Part shown: positions 1 through 9,700 of the stretch, piece after piece
Layout of the letters: every line of letters starts with the position of its first letter
Position numbering within the stretch: position 1 is the stretch's first letter
From: Halomicronema hongdechloris C2206
Lineage (GTDB): Bacteria > Cyanobacteriota > Cyanobacteriia > Phormidesmidales > Phormidesmidaceae
Assembly: GCF_002075285.3 (NCBI RefSeq)
Contig: NZ_CP021983.2
Span: 2,730,001-2,762,000 of the forward strand
Direction of reading: 5' to 3'
DNA: 32,000 nucleotides
The notes under the pieces: model-generated
Seen by the model: only the letters and a program-made list of their open reading frames with translations
Database searches by the model: none
What the model was told of the DNA's origin: nothing
Translations under genes and position numbers: made by a program

Positions 1-334
1 TTGGAAGTAGCCCAGCACACCGTTGAGGACGACGATGGCAAAAAATTGCGATCGCATCTTTAGGCACCTCCCCCTGGCGCAGGGCCAAGACCCCAGAAAT
101 CACTGCCACGGCGATCAGCATCAACAACATGATGTTGCTGAACTGATCGATTAAGATACGCCAGTTATTGCGCCCGGCAGTTTCTTCGAGTTGATTCGCC
201 CCATAGATCTGGCGGCGCTGCAGCACCTCTTGGGCGCTGAGACCATCGCTGCGATTACTCTTGAGTTGGGCCAGGGCCTCATCCGGAGTTAGGGTGTGCC
301 ATGAATATCCCTTTGCTGTCGTCCTGTCATCCAT
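1..334 (-). CDS. P-type cation-transporting ATPase (PacL/Ca2+-ATPase-like), N-terminal fragment; the gene continues beyond the window start
   Basis: Absent from the ORF track because it runs off the edge. My reverse-strand translation from the ATG at 334 reads MDDRTTAKGYSWHTLTPDEALAQLKSNRSDGLSAQEVLQRRQIYGANQLEETAGRNNWRILIDQFSNIMLLMLIAVAVISGVLALRQGEVPKDAIAIFAIVVLNGVLGYFQ. This is the typical cation-ATPase N-terminal domain followed by TM1/TM2. Confidence 0.8.
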   Translation of the reverse strand, partial: MDDRTTAKGYSWHTLTPDEALAQLKSNRSDGLSAQEVLQRRQIYGANQLEETAGRNNWRILIDQFSNIMLLMLIAVAVISGVLALRQGEVPKDAIAIFCHRRPQRCAGLLP

Positions 335-454
335 GGGTGAGACCACTCGCCACCTGTCAACATAACGATCCCATGGTATAGCGGTAACTTCAGGATGTCG
401 CCGTCACAGGGAATGAGATTTAAGAGATTGCCCCGTTGACCGAAACCCTCGACA

Positions 455-482
455 AAATTTGAATTTTGAATTTTGAACTTCG
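455..482. repeat. Heptanucleotide tandem repeat (AATTTTG-like, about 4 units)
   Basis: The units read aaatttg aattttg aattttg aacttcg. It lies between the ATPase start (334) and the hydrolase stop (513). On the minus strand the unit is CAAAATT, related to the CTCAAAA units at 4817-4848. Confidence 0.8.
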
Positions 483-512
483 AAGTCTGACCGTCCAATG
501 CCAGCTCTCTCC

Positions 513-1360
513 CTACACCACCTGTTGGCGCAAGAAGGTGTCTAAGGCTGCTGCCACCTTTTCCGGCCAGTCTTCCTGGGCGTAGTGGCCCACCTGGTCC
601 AGCTTCGTGATCTGGCCGTGGCTCAACTGATTGGCCACCGTGACGGCTGTCTTCACGGGTAGCCAAGGATCTTCGAGGCCCCAGAGCAGGAGGGTGGGCA
701 CCTGCCAATGCTGGAATCCGGTCTCGATTTCGGCGGTGACCTGGGGGAGCTGCAACCGTCGCACCATCGTCATCAGGGCTCGACCAGCCTCAGAACTGGT
801 CAAGAAGGGCCGGCGATAGACATCCAAGTCGGCATCATCCACCTGGTAAGGGCCGCCCCCCTCCAGGGTGCGATCCACCAACAACGGATCCTGGGTAATC
901 ATCTCTCCCAGCAGCGGTAACCCCATCTGACGCAGCTTCCAGGGTAGTCTCGCCTGCGCCGTCAGCGGGGCATTGATCACCACCAACCGTTCGATATGCT
1001 CTGGATGGCGCAAGGCGTACTGCACCCCCACACTGCCTAAAAATCCCTGTGCTACCAGATAAAAACGGCTCAATCCCAGGGCTTCAGTCAGCGCCTCTAG
1101 AGCCTGTAAAAAGGCCTCTGGGGTGTAGGCAAACTCTCGCCGATTCGGCTTACTAGAGAAGCCATGGCCAATCCAGTCAGGGGCAATCGCCCGGAACCCT
1201 GCTCTGCCAAAGTTGGCATCACCCTGCGCCAACTATAACTCTGGGTCACCAGGCCATGGAGCAACAATACCGGCGCCTTACCTTGATCATTACGGGGGGT
1301 GGTCTGACGATAGAACCACTGCAGGGAGCCCACATCGATACGGTGTTCCTCGAAGGCCAT
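513..1360 (-). pseudogene. Alpha/beta-fold hydrolase (haloalkane dehalogenase / epoxide hydrolase-like) interrupted by one frameshift
   Basis: ORF 1097..1360 supplies the N-terminus (MAFEEHRIDVGSLQWFYRQ..APVLLLHGLVTQSYSWRRVMPTLAEQG). ORF 513..1232 supplies the rest (FRAIAPDWIGHGFSSKP..FYLVAQGFLGSVG..VGHYAQEDWPEKV). The two join into one protein if one base is added at the run ccc near 1197-1199. This may be a true frameshift or a homopolymer sequencing error. Confidence 0.75.
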
Positions 1361-1440
1361 GGCCGCTTCCTAGCACTTCCTAGCGTTGTCTAACGATTAG
1401 TGGCCTGAGCTTACCGCCGTTGGGGACCTTAATGCAAGCA

Positions 1441-2612
1441 TTAACCCCTAGCCGCGAGCGTCACTGCCCACGAGATGCGAGCCAGAGGTGGCTCCCGATA
1501 CGTAGTGGCTGAGGATTTGCTCATAGGTGTAGCCCTGCTGGGACAGATTATATGGGGCCCCCCATTGACTGAGGCCGATACCGTGGCCAAAGCCCCGCCC
1601 TGAATCTGCACCATATTTCCTTGCACGGTCATGGAAAACAGAGTACTGCGTAGATTCAAGGCCTGCGCACCTCATTTGCCACTGAGCAGGCGTGTGCCCT
1701 CGCTGCCCTGCAACCGTAGGGTGACGACCCGGCCCCGGGGGAGTCGTGCGCTGGGGTACTGCCCGCCACCAAGCTGCCAATGCCGGGAATCCGCCGTTCG
1801 AACTCTGCCATGGACAAGGTTTCAACCCACTCGTAGACGGGAGCACCGGCGTCATAGTCTTTAACACTGCGCAGGTAGGGTACTGGCCGCTGCCAGACAT
1901 CTTCGACGTTTTCGGTGTAGCCACCCGAGGAAGAGTGAAAGACGGCTTCAATGATCTGACCGTTGTAGGTCAACACCTGTCCTTGGGTAGCATCTACCGC
2001 AGCCCGGGTGCTGCGAGCTTCCGACTCTAGGCCCCGATAGACCTGGGATGCCGTCGTGCTGGCCACATCGTAGGGCCGCTGCCCGGCCCGATTGCGGTGG
2101 TAAAGGGCATAGGACCGGGCGGCGACGGCTTGAGCCTCTAGGGCTGCCGCCGGCCAGCTGCTGGGCATTTCCCCCCCTAACACGCTGTAGAGGTAATGTT
2201 CTAAATCGACATAGTTAATGGCGGTGAGTCCACCGCCATTGGCCATTACCAGCACTCGGCCCCGATACCAGCGATGGCCGACGAAGACGTAGTCACCATC
2301 GCCAGGGTCGAGCCACAGGGCCGTCCCCTGCCAGTTGCCTAGGCTCACCTGGGCTCCTTGGGGGGCGGCGGTGAGGGCCTGATTGCCGGGCACCCGCCCC
2401 AGGGTCTGGCCGTTGCGATCGCGAACCACCGCTGCTCCAGAACTGCCGACAGTGAGCCGCTGACTGCCGCGACTGAGGATGACCCGCAGGTCGACCCCAG
2501 CCCAAGCGGCCACGGCCAACAGAGACCAGACTAGGGCCGTGCCGCCCCCCAGCCACAGCCCCTGCCAACACCGCTGAAACAACCGCCGACACATTACACT
2601 GGAATAACTCAT
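1441..2612 (-). pseudogene. spoIID: SpoIID/LytB-domain protein (peptidoglycan lytic-enzyme enhancer) with a multiply frameshifted 3' end
   Basis: ORF 1656..2612 has an N-terminal TM/signal segment and the SpoIID core (AARSYALYH, VFHSSSGGYTENVEDVW). The conserved C-terminal blocks are all present but spread over three frames: GRVVTLRLQGSEGTRLLSG, NEVRR, ALNLRSTLFSMTVQGNMVQIQG, RGFGHGIGLSQWGAPYNLSQQGYTYEQILSHY. There are at least 4 one-base indels, at runs near 1734-1742, 1668-1672, 1650-1655 and 1596-1600. Confidence 0.8.
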
Positions 2613-2871
2613 GGGCCTAAGGGGGAGCGAGGACAGTGAACGCAGCTAAGGCAACCGCCATAGATATTGCAATTGCCGGCCAGATATAGCGAAAGGCAGA
2701 AGGAAAAAGGCAGAGGGTAGAATCAGGGTGCTTGCTAGGCAAAGAATTCACTGATTTGGCATGTCCTAACCTGGCTGACGACAGCGATAACTTCTGGAGC
2801 TGACGCTGTGCTCATTGTCTTCAGGACATCTCTGGTAGAGTCTTTTCGAGAAAACACCTAAACAATCTGAG

Positions 2872-2897
2872 TCAATGGAACAACTCAATGGAACAAC
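2872..2897. repeat. Perfect 13-bp tandem duplication (tcaatggaacaac x2)
   Basis: Read directly at 2872-2884 and 2885-2897. It sits in the 340-bp spacer between the amidase stop (2953) and the spoIID start (2612). Confidence 0.9.
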
Positions 2898-2952
2898 CAA
2901 ACCTTGTCCAGTTGTCCACCAGGTTGGCCCCCTCTGTCAAGGCTTAAGGGTC

Positions 2953-4314
2953 TCACAGTAAATTGGCCTGCTCATAGAGCCGTCGTAGAATTGCCATCAC
3001 CTTGGTGCCATAGTCCTTATCGAGATCCCAGCGTCCCCCCAATTGCCCCACCAACGGCGCTACTCCCCGCCGCACAAAGCGAAAGCGAGGGTCGACTAGC
3101 TCTTGCACCAGGGGTTCATTACTGCCATAGGCTTTCAGGTGCTGAATGTGGGCCCGCACCCCGATCTCCTCATAGGGGAAGCTCAAAGGTTCGCTGCTGC
3201 CACCGACATTACCGATGCCGCCAAAGTTGTTCTGCTGCCGAGTGAGTTCGCTATCAAATTGCAAAAATGAGGTCTCCAGGCACATCTGGGCAAAGGCCAC
3301 ATCGTAATTCACCCCTTCGATGGCGGCTTCTTCCCGATAGAGCTTGGGCAGCTTGGCCAAGGCAGCATCACTGAGAGATTTAGCGTTGTTACTCTCCAGG
3401 AACCGCATGAGCTGCAACTCGGTCGTGTTGCCATGGCCCATGATCCGATCGATTAAGCCCGGACAGACCTGCAGCGTCGCTTGGGATTTCAACAACACGG
3501 TGCGGGTCTTGCCATCCCAGCCCACGGAGATGTTGAAATCCCGCAGATCCACGGCCCTGATGTAGACCACATTGCGATAGCGCACCCGGCGGACATCGGG
3601 ATGGCTAGCCAAATCCAGATCTAATTGATCGGCCAAATCAATGGGGATGTAGGAATTATTGTTGATGATGATGCCCTGCTCCCCGTAGAGACCACCATTG
3701 AGACTGATGTCAATGGCAGGAAATTGGCCCTCTACGCTGGGGGAGTTGGTGGTGACGGCCCGGCTCCAGGAGGCCAGTCCATCGGCTAGGCCCAGGGCCA
3801 TCTCTTCGCGGCGATTTTGGATCAGGGCTAAATCTTCGGGGTTAGAGAGGAACCCCACTTCCATCTGTAAGGAAGGGCAGTTAATCCGACGGCAGAAGGC
3901 CAAGCTACCCGTGCCTGAGGCAGTATCGGGCTTCACCCCTCGACTGGAGAGCTGAGGTAAGCGCCGCAACAGGGCTAATAGCATCAACTCGGCATGGGTT
4001 TTACGGGTGTCGTTGTTGGCGATGTAGTAGACCGTGGCGCCCCTGGTTTCCGGATTACTAAAGGAACCGGCGTGAATTTCCAGGGCCACATCGCTGAGCC
4101 CGCAGCGAGCATTGATCCACTCCAGGGTCTGCTCAGCACTGAGATCATCCCCCACCACTGCCACGTCAAAGCCTCGCGATCGCAACTCCGGCACCACCTG
4201 ATCCCGCAGCTTTTGCATCTCCGCGGCTTCTGTGGTGGTGGGGGTAAGAGAGCCTGGATCCCGTCGACCATTTTCATAACCACCGTGACCAGCTGATAGA
4301 AAAATCCGTGCCAT
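2953..4314 (-). CDS. Bifunctional cell-wall hydrolase: N-acetylmuramoyl-L-alanine amidase (Amidase_3-like) fused to a C-terminal glucosaminidase-like domain
   Basis: Intact 453-aa ORF. The N-terminus reads RIFLSAGHGGYENG..ALEIHAGS..SLQMEVGFLSNPED (amidase_3 zinc-site context). The C-terminus reads VNYDVAFAQMCLETSFLQF..NNFGGIG..HIQHLKAYG (glucosaminidase/LytD-like). It is on the same strand as, and directly upstream of, spoIID. Confidence 0.85.
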   Translation of the reverse strand: MARIFLSAGHGGYENGRRDPGSLTPTTTEAAEMQKLRDQVVPELRSRGFDVAVVGDDLSAEQTLEWINARCGLSDVALEIHAGSFSNPETRGATVYYIANNDTRKTHAELMLLALLRRLPQLSSRGVKPDTASGTGSLAFCRRINCPSLQMEVGFLSNPEDLALIQNRREEMALGLADGLASWSRAVTTNSPSVEGQFPAIDISLNGGLYGEQGIIINNNSYIPIDLADQLDLDLASHPDVRRVRYRNVVYIRAVDLRDFNISVGWDGKTRTVLLKSQATLQVCPGLIDRIMGHGNTTELQLMRFLESNNAKSLSDAALAKLPKLYREEAAIEGVNYDVAFAQMCLETSFLQFDSELTRQQNNFGGIGNVGGSSEPLSFPYEEIGVRAHIQHLKAYGSNEPLVQELVDPRFRFVRRGVAPLVGQLGGRWDLDKDYGTKVMAILRRLYEQANLL

Positions 4315-4516
4315 AACCCGATCTCGTTGCCAGCGTACCCCTGATCTACGCCCAGATGAGATGGTTTCTTGCCAAGACCTGACTCACCTGGTGCTGAACC
4401 GAGGATATCTCCGCCAGAATACCGCAATTGCCCGCCGATGGAACTAGTCTGCCAGGGCAGAAGCAGGAATGATTATCTTAAATGTCAACCCTGCCATGTC
4501 GGTGAGCAGGGCTGAG

Positions 4517-4735
4517 TCGCGTCGCATCGGCCAGGGATGGTGGACCTCGATAAGACTACGCTTAATCGTGTAGCTCGGGGGGCTCACCCGAGGGGATCTC
4601 GTTCCCCTCGGACTCCCACGACCAGGGCGAACCGCCGCCCTGGACCCCGCGGAAGGGCTTGTCGATTAGTCGTTCAGGATCGCGTCGCATCGGCAGGGTA
4701 GCCGGTTTTCTGCATTGGGCGCGGTTGCCGCGCCC
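4517..4735. repeat. 14-nt direct repeat pair bracketing three GC-rich hairpins (REP-like element or structured RNA candidate)
   Basis: tcgcgtcgcatcgg occurs at 4517-4530 and 4680-4693. Hairpin 1: ccgagggga/tcccctcgg (4588-4611, 9-bp stem). Hairpin 2: ccagggcg/cgccctgg (4622-4643, 8-bp stem). Hairpin 3: gggcgcgg/ccgcgccc (4717-4735). No credible ORF covers the region. Confidence 0.6.
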
Positions 4736-4816
4736 CTACCCTGTTCCCTTACCCTCTATCCGCTATCGGTCTACTTGCCCGCCCATCTACCGTTTCACAG
4801 GGAGCCAAACCATTCA

Positions 4817-5100
4817 CTCAAAACTCAAAACTCAAAACTCAAAACTCAGCCCTGCAGGCAGGCTCCGCCTTTCTTGAATACCGCTAGGCCATACACCCCA
4901 CTCCCCCAAAGCCCTTCGGGCAGGCTCCGCCTACACCCCATCACCCCCACCACCCCATCACCCTTTACTCACTCTTCACTCTGCTGCTACGCACGGCCAC
5001 AGCCCTACACTCTTCACTCTTCACTCTCCACTCTCCCCTACCCCCCCACTTCCCCACCTATTCACCTCCCGCTCTCCGCCCTCCGTTCTCCGCCCTCCGT
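4817..5100. repeat. Cluster of short tandem repeats in a strongly C/T-rich (plus strand) low-complexity tract
   Basis: CTCAAAA x4 plus a partial unit (4817-4848). CACTCTT/CACTCTC x4 (5008-5035). CTCCGCCCTCCGT(T) x2 (5074-5100). ggcaggctccgcct occurs twice (about 4856 and 4919). These resemble cyanobacterial STRR-type heptamer arrays. Confidence 0.8.
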
Positions 5101-7367
5101 CCGCCCCATCCCCCATCCACTCGCCTAGCCGCCAATCCCTCTTCTGCCCCGCTCGGAAACGACGGCCAGATTTTCCCTGATTTTTTAGCGGCTTTGGGGC
5201 GATCGGAGGCGGCCTCTGAGCGCATGGAGAGCCCGATGCGCTTCAGCTCAGTATTCACCTCCAGCACCCGCACCGTGGACCACCTGGCCCACCTTGACAA
5301 TGGCCTTGGGATCTTTGACGAAGTGGTCCGCCAGTTGGGAGATATGAACCAGGCCATCCTGATGGACGCCGATATCCACGAAGGCGCCGAAGTTAGCGAC
5401 GTTGGTAACCACCCCTTCTAGGATCATGCCGGGGCTGAGGTCGGTGATCTCGTTGACTCCCTCGCGGAAGCGGGCGTAGGTGAAGTGATCGCGGGGGTCA
5501 CGGGCCGGGCTTTTTCAGCTCTTCTACGATGTCTTGCAGGGTGGGCAGCCCGACGCTATCAGAGACATAGCGCTCTAGCGCTAGGGATTGCAACCGCCCC
5601 GTGGATTGCAATAGCTGCCCTAGAGGCAGTTGCAGGTCCTGTGCGATCGCATCTACCAGGCCATAGCGTTCCGGGTGCACCGCCGTGTTGTCTAGAGGTT
5701 GATCGCCATCGCGGATGCGCAGGAAACCTGCCGCCTGTTCGAAGGCCTTAGGACCCAATTGCTTCACCTGCAGCAACTGCTGCCGCTGCCGGAAGGGGCC
5801 ATGGCGATTGCGGTGGGCCACGATGTTGTTGGCGATGGTGCCAGTGATGCCAGAGACATAGGTGAGCAGCTCCTTGGAAGCCTGATTCACATCCACCCCG
5901 ACATAGTTGACGCAGCTCTCCACGGTGTCGTCTAACTTCTGCCGCAGTCGGGTCTGGTCCACATCGTGCTGGTACTGCCCCACGCCGATGGACTTGGGAT
6001 CGATTTTCACTAGTTCTGCCAGGGGATCCTGCAGCCGCCGGGCAATGCTAATGGCCCCCCGCACGGTCACATCCAGGTCAGGAAACTCCTGCAGAGCAGC
6101 CTCACTGGCGGAGTAGACCGAGGCCCCGGCTTCATTCACCATCACCGTCACCGGGGCGGCATCCAACTGGGCGCAGACATCGGCCACGAAGCGCTGGGTC
6201 TCGCGGCTAGCGGTGCCGTTGCCGATGGCGATCAGTTCGATCCGGTGAGTCTGGATCAGCCGCTTCAGGGTGGTGGCCGCCCTGGTGGCGCTGGCCTGGG
6301 ATTGGTGGGGAAAGATGGCCTCATAGGCCAGAAACTTGCCGATGCGGTCACCCGCCGCCAGCTTGCAGCCGGTGCGAAAGCCGGGGTCGACCCCCAGGGT
6401 AGGCTTCATGCCGGCCGGGGCCGCCAGCAGTAAATGCTTCAGGTTGGTCTCGAAGGTGGCGATGGACACCTCATCGGCCCCAGCCTTTTTATCCGCCATC
6501 ACTTCCCGAGTAATGGCCGGTCGCAACAGCCGGTTGAAGGCATCCTGGATTAAGTCTCGGTAAAAGGCCCGCAGCTCAGGAACTGCAGTGGTAATGAGCT
6601 GAGACTCTAGCTGGGCCAGGAGCTGCTCCGTATCCACGGTCAGACTCAGCTTGAGAATCCCTTCCTTCTCTCCTCGCAGCAGGGCCAGGAGATTGTGGGA
6701 GGCAATGGCTGGCACCGGGCATTGGTAACGGCGGTACATCTCGTACTTGGTGGTGCCGGGGGGATGCGTTTTCTTGATGGTGGCCGTAAAGACTCCCTGC
6801 TGCAGAAAAATCCGCCGCACCTGGGCCCGCCGGGCGGCCTGCTCCGCCACCTGTTCCGCCAGAATGTCGGCGGCTCCCCGCAGGGCCTCCTCTGCAGAAG
6901 TCACTCCCTGGTCGGCGGCGACATAGGGCATTGCCTCCTGGGTCAAGGATGACACCGCCACGCCCGTGTGGTTCAGCTGCTGCAGCCGTTCTGCCAGAGG
7001 AGCTAACCCTTTTTCTCGGGCCACGGTAGCCCGGGTACGGCGCTTGGGCCCGATAGGGCAGGTAGAGATCTTCGAGTTCGGTCTTCTGCTGGCAGCCTTC
7101 GATTTGGGCCTGTAGCTCTGGGGTGAGGCCACCTTGAGCTGCGATCGCATCTAGAATACTGCGCTTCCGCTCCGCTAGCTCCTGTAAGTAGCGATGGCGC
7201 TCAGCAATTTGCCGCAGTTGCACCTCCGTCAGCTCCCCGGTCCGTTCCTTACGGTAGCGGGCGATGAACGGCACCGTGGCTCCCACCGCCAGAAGGGCCA
7301 GAGCTGCCTGGACTTGGGCGGGTTTCAGGTCGAGTTCAGCAGCAATCTGTTGATGAAAGGTACTCAT
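5058..7367 (-). pseudogene. tex: Tex-like transcription accessory protein (S1 RNA-binding domain) with at least 3 frameshifts
   Basis: The N-terminus (ORF 6576..7367) reads MSTFHQQIAAELDLKPAQVQAALALLAVGATVPFIARYRKERTGELTEVQL. The core (5498..7150) carries the YqgF/HhH regions. The S1 domain ([46 protein letters not shown] then [19 protein letters not shown]) is split between frames. Extra bases lie at about 7049-7051 (ccc), about 5505 (cc) and about 5277 (gg). The C-terminal end point is uncertain. Confidence 0.85.
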
Positions 7368-7421
7368 CTGCAGGGTAGCGTCAGTCGGGTTAGGAGCCTA
7401 CATTTCTACTTCAGTACATCT

Positions 7422-7958
7422 CTACTTCAGATCGAGGAGGCCCGTCTCCTTCAGCTTAGGATTAAACCGCAGCTCCATTTGCACCCCCCGCTGCTGCAAT
7501 TTCTCAAGAATCTCAGCCTCTAACCGCCGGGCAATTTTCTTCAGATACTTTGTCTGGGCCAGGTCATCCAACCCCTTGTATTCCTCCCATTCGGCAGCAC
7601 TCATGGTGCGTTTAGCATCGACGGGCTGGGTCCAGGCCTCAGCAGCGTCCCCATTCCCAGGCGGCAGGGCTCCATTTTCAGCAATCCAGGCGTTGCGAGT
7701 CTCCTCCAGCACCGTCCGACTAGGACGAGCAATGGTTTGCAGCTTAACCCAATGGCAGCCATCGGGCTGCCGCACCAGGTGCTGCTTCAAGCTCAAGTAG
7801 ACATCCCGAGAATACCCCACGTACTGCAGGTCCTGGACGGCATCGAAGATGGCATAGATGCCCACTTGCCCCTGAAATTGCTCGGAAATCTGGCCATTTT
7901 CCAAATAAGGCCGAGCCTCGAGTTGAGTCAGGCTAGCCATGGACTGGGAAGAGGTCAT
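7422..7958 (-). CDS. GIY-YIG-like domain protein (conserved cyanobacterial type)
   Basis: The ORF track gives 7422..7988; I prefer the ATG at 7958 (MTSSQSMASL). GIYAIFDAVQDLQYVGYSRDV fits the GIY-(10-11 aa)-YVG pattern. Confidence 0.6.
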   Translation of the reverse strand: MTSSQSMASLTQLEARPYLENGQISEQFQGQVGIYAIFDAVQDLQYVGYSRDVYLSLKQHLVRQPDGCHWVKLQTIARPSRTVLEETRNAWIAENGALPPGNGDAAEAWTQPVDAKRTMSAAEWEEYKGLDDLAQTKYLKKIARRLEAEILEKLQQRGVQMELRFNPKLKETGLLDLK

Positions 7959-8110
7959 AGGCACAACGCAGAAATCGACTCCCACCAATAAGACCAGGGT
8001 AAGTTCACCATAGGGGCATTAGGGGGCACTCTGGTCTCGCCATTCCTCCCCTACAGCATTGCCTGGCTGGGTAAGGTACAGCTTACCTCCTGAGATCGAG
8101 GGTGTCATGG

Positions 8111-8470
8111 TCATCCGCGTGCCTCACTAGCCTCAGAAACGCTGTGACCTAGTTTGCGATAGACCGCACAGAGCCGGCTAGGCTGAAAGATCTTGGCCTT
8201 GAACATAAACGGCGGCGGCACATTGATGATGATATAGTCTGGCGAATTGTGGTAAGGCTCAAACTCCGCTGGCATGCCCTTGGGAGTGTTTCGAGTATAG
8301 GGCAGCGGTTGAAATAATTTGGCCGTGAATTCCACGCACTCAGCCTGGGCCTGTTGGCACACCTGCTGCAGAAAGCTCGGTGCGCACAGCAACCCGAATA
8401 GAGTTTGCTGTGCCTCAAGCTCTAGAGAAAAACGGCTGTCGTAATTGTCGATAACTTTGAGTCGCACCAT
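8111..8470 (-). CDS. Hypothetical protein (about 119 aa)
   Basis: Single long ORF in this interval with unbiased composition (VRLKVIDNYDSRFSLELEAQ..PDYIIINVPPPFMFKAKIF). I recognise no family. The ATG at 8470 is preferred over the TTG at 8476. Confidence 0.5.
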   Translation of the reverse strand: MVRLKVIDNYDSRFSLELEAQQTLFGLLCAPSFLQQVCQQAQAECVEFTAKLFQPLPYTRNTPKGMPAEFEPYHNSPDYIIINVPPPFMFKAKIFQPSRLCAVYRKLGHSVSEASEARG

Positions 8471-8662
8471 AACCAAAGGAGATTCCAGCAGCCCTAGGAG
8501 GGCATTGCCACCCTACTACTAAGGGCTGTTGCTGCTAGCCTATAGCGTGGCTGGGGGTGGAACCAAGAGCTCTGACGTTAAGAATCGTGTCTGGGCAACA
8601 GCAACCCCAAGCTAGGATCAGAGGCTTAAGGAGGAGATAATCTTTGCTGCCCCGAGCGACCT

Positions 8663-8779
8663 ATGCAATCTGCCCGCGACTTAGTGAAGGTACTAGTAAC
8701 CATCCTGCTTCTTGCCTTCATTGGCCTCAACCTATTTCGCCTGACCATCTTTTTCCTGCAAGCCCAGCACCTGATCTAA
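8663..8779 (+). CDS. Possible 38-aa single-pass membrane peptide
   Basis: My translation is MQSARDLVKVLVTILLLAFIGLNLFRLTIFFLQAQHLI, with one clear hydrophobic helix. It is too short for the ORF track. No well-spaced Shine-Dalgarno sequence. Confidence 0.3.
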   Translation: MQSARDLVKVLVTILLLAFIGLNLFRLTIFFLQAQHLI

Positions 8780-8942
8780 GCAAGGGACCGATTCAACACA
8801 GGCCCCTAGTGTGTCTAAGCTAAGGAGACGTCGCCATCCCCGCCAGCTTCTCTGCCATTACTTGTAGAGGATGGTCGATGGAATCAAATCATGCCCGCCA
8901 CCGTACCCCACAACGGCATGGCAAAAGAGTCTGACTGCACCG

Positions 8943-9230
8943 TTACCGTACAAGCCGACGATAGTCAGGGTAAGAAGGCTCATCCGAAGCGGTTTCATGG
9001 CAGGGATTCCCACAAGGACTTACCTGCCAGCCATGGCTGGGGGCCACTGAAGCGATTAGGGATTCCCAGACAGTGGTCACGGTCGCCGATGGCAATGAAT
9101 GGGAGGGGACGCTCCCCTCAGGATCGGCGCTATCAGCAGGAGAGGGATCAGCAGGGTTAGAGCAGGCCACCAGGGCAGTGGCCATGAAGCTAAGCCCCAG
9201 CAGGGCTGTACGAGCAAGACAACAGGTCAT
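8943..9230 (-). CDS. Putative small lipoprotein
   Basis: An internal Met of ORF 8943..9323 gives MTCCLARTALLGLSFMATALVAC|SNPADPSP. This is a signal peptide with lipobox L-V-A-C followed by a Pro/Ser/Asp-rich linker. Confidence 0.45.
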   Translation of the reverse strand: MTCCLARTALLGLSFMATALVACSNPADPSPADSADPEGSVPSHSLPSATVTTVWESLIASVAPSHGWQVSPCGNPCHETASDEPSYPDYRRLVR

Positions 9231-9700
9231 AGAGATTATCCATGGAGAAGAATCCCCGGTCCCCCTCCCTGGCTCCACCCAGCTTGGAACGGCAGGGTCT
9301 ACGGGAAGGTGCCGACGGAACAAATTGGCAGCCCTAGGAGGATGCGGCTCTGAAAGGAGGGAGATCCCTTAGGACCCAGAGTACTTGAACGGTAACGATA
9401 GACATGTCGGCGGCTGGGGTGATCTCACCAGGGCGGTTCCATCTGAGCACCGTCGGTTTCGCCACAGCCATCCTCTCAGATCTAGACTCGGACAGGGAGC
9501 AACACGCAGCTTAATCGATTATGGACGAAACCCCAGGAATTGACTGGTCGTTTCACAAATGGATACAGCCGTACTCAAGGGCATGCCGCTCAGCACCCAG
9601 GCTCACCCTTGACCATCAGCCAGCAGAGGGGACTGGAGAAACGAGTATCCCGAATCACGCCAGTGTTATAGGTGTAGCTGTGTCCTTAATTTGATCAACT

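Noticed and set aside
289-708. 139-aa minus-strand ORF from the track
   Set aside because: It overlaps the real ATPase start and the hydrolase 3' end in another frame. Its composition is Pro/Gly/Arg-rich, as is typical of off-frame ORFs in GC-rich DNA.
4690-4770. RNase P RNA-like motifs on the minus strand (GGTAAGGGAACAGGGTAGGGGCGCGG and GCAGAAAACCGGCTAC)
   Set aside because: I found no partner for the P4 helix (no GAGGAAAGTCC-like 5' strand, no complementary AGCCGG upstream). The two motifs are about 30 nt apart instead of about 150 nt. The resemblance is probably chance.
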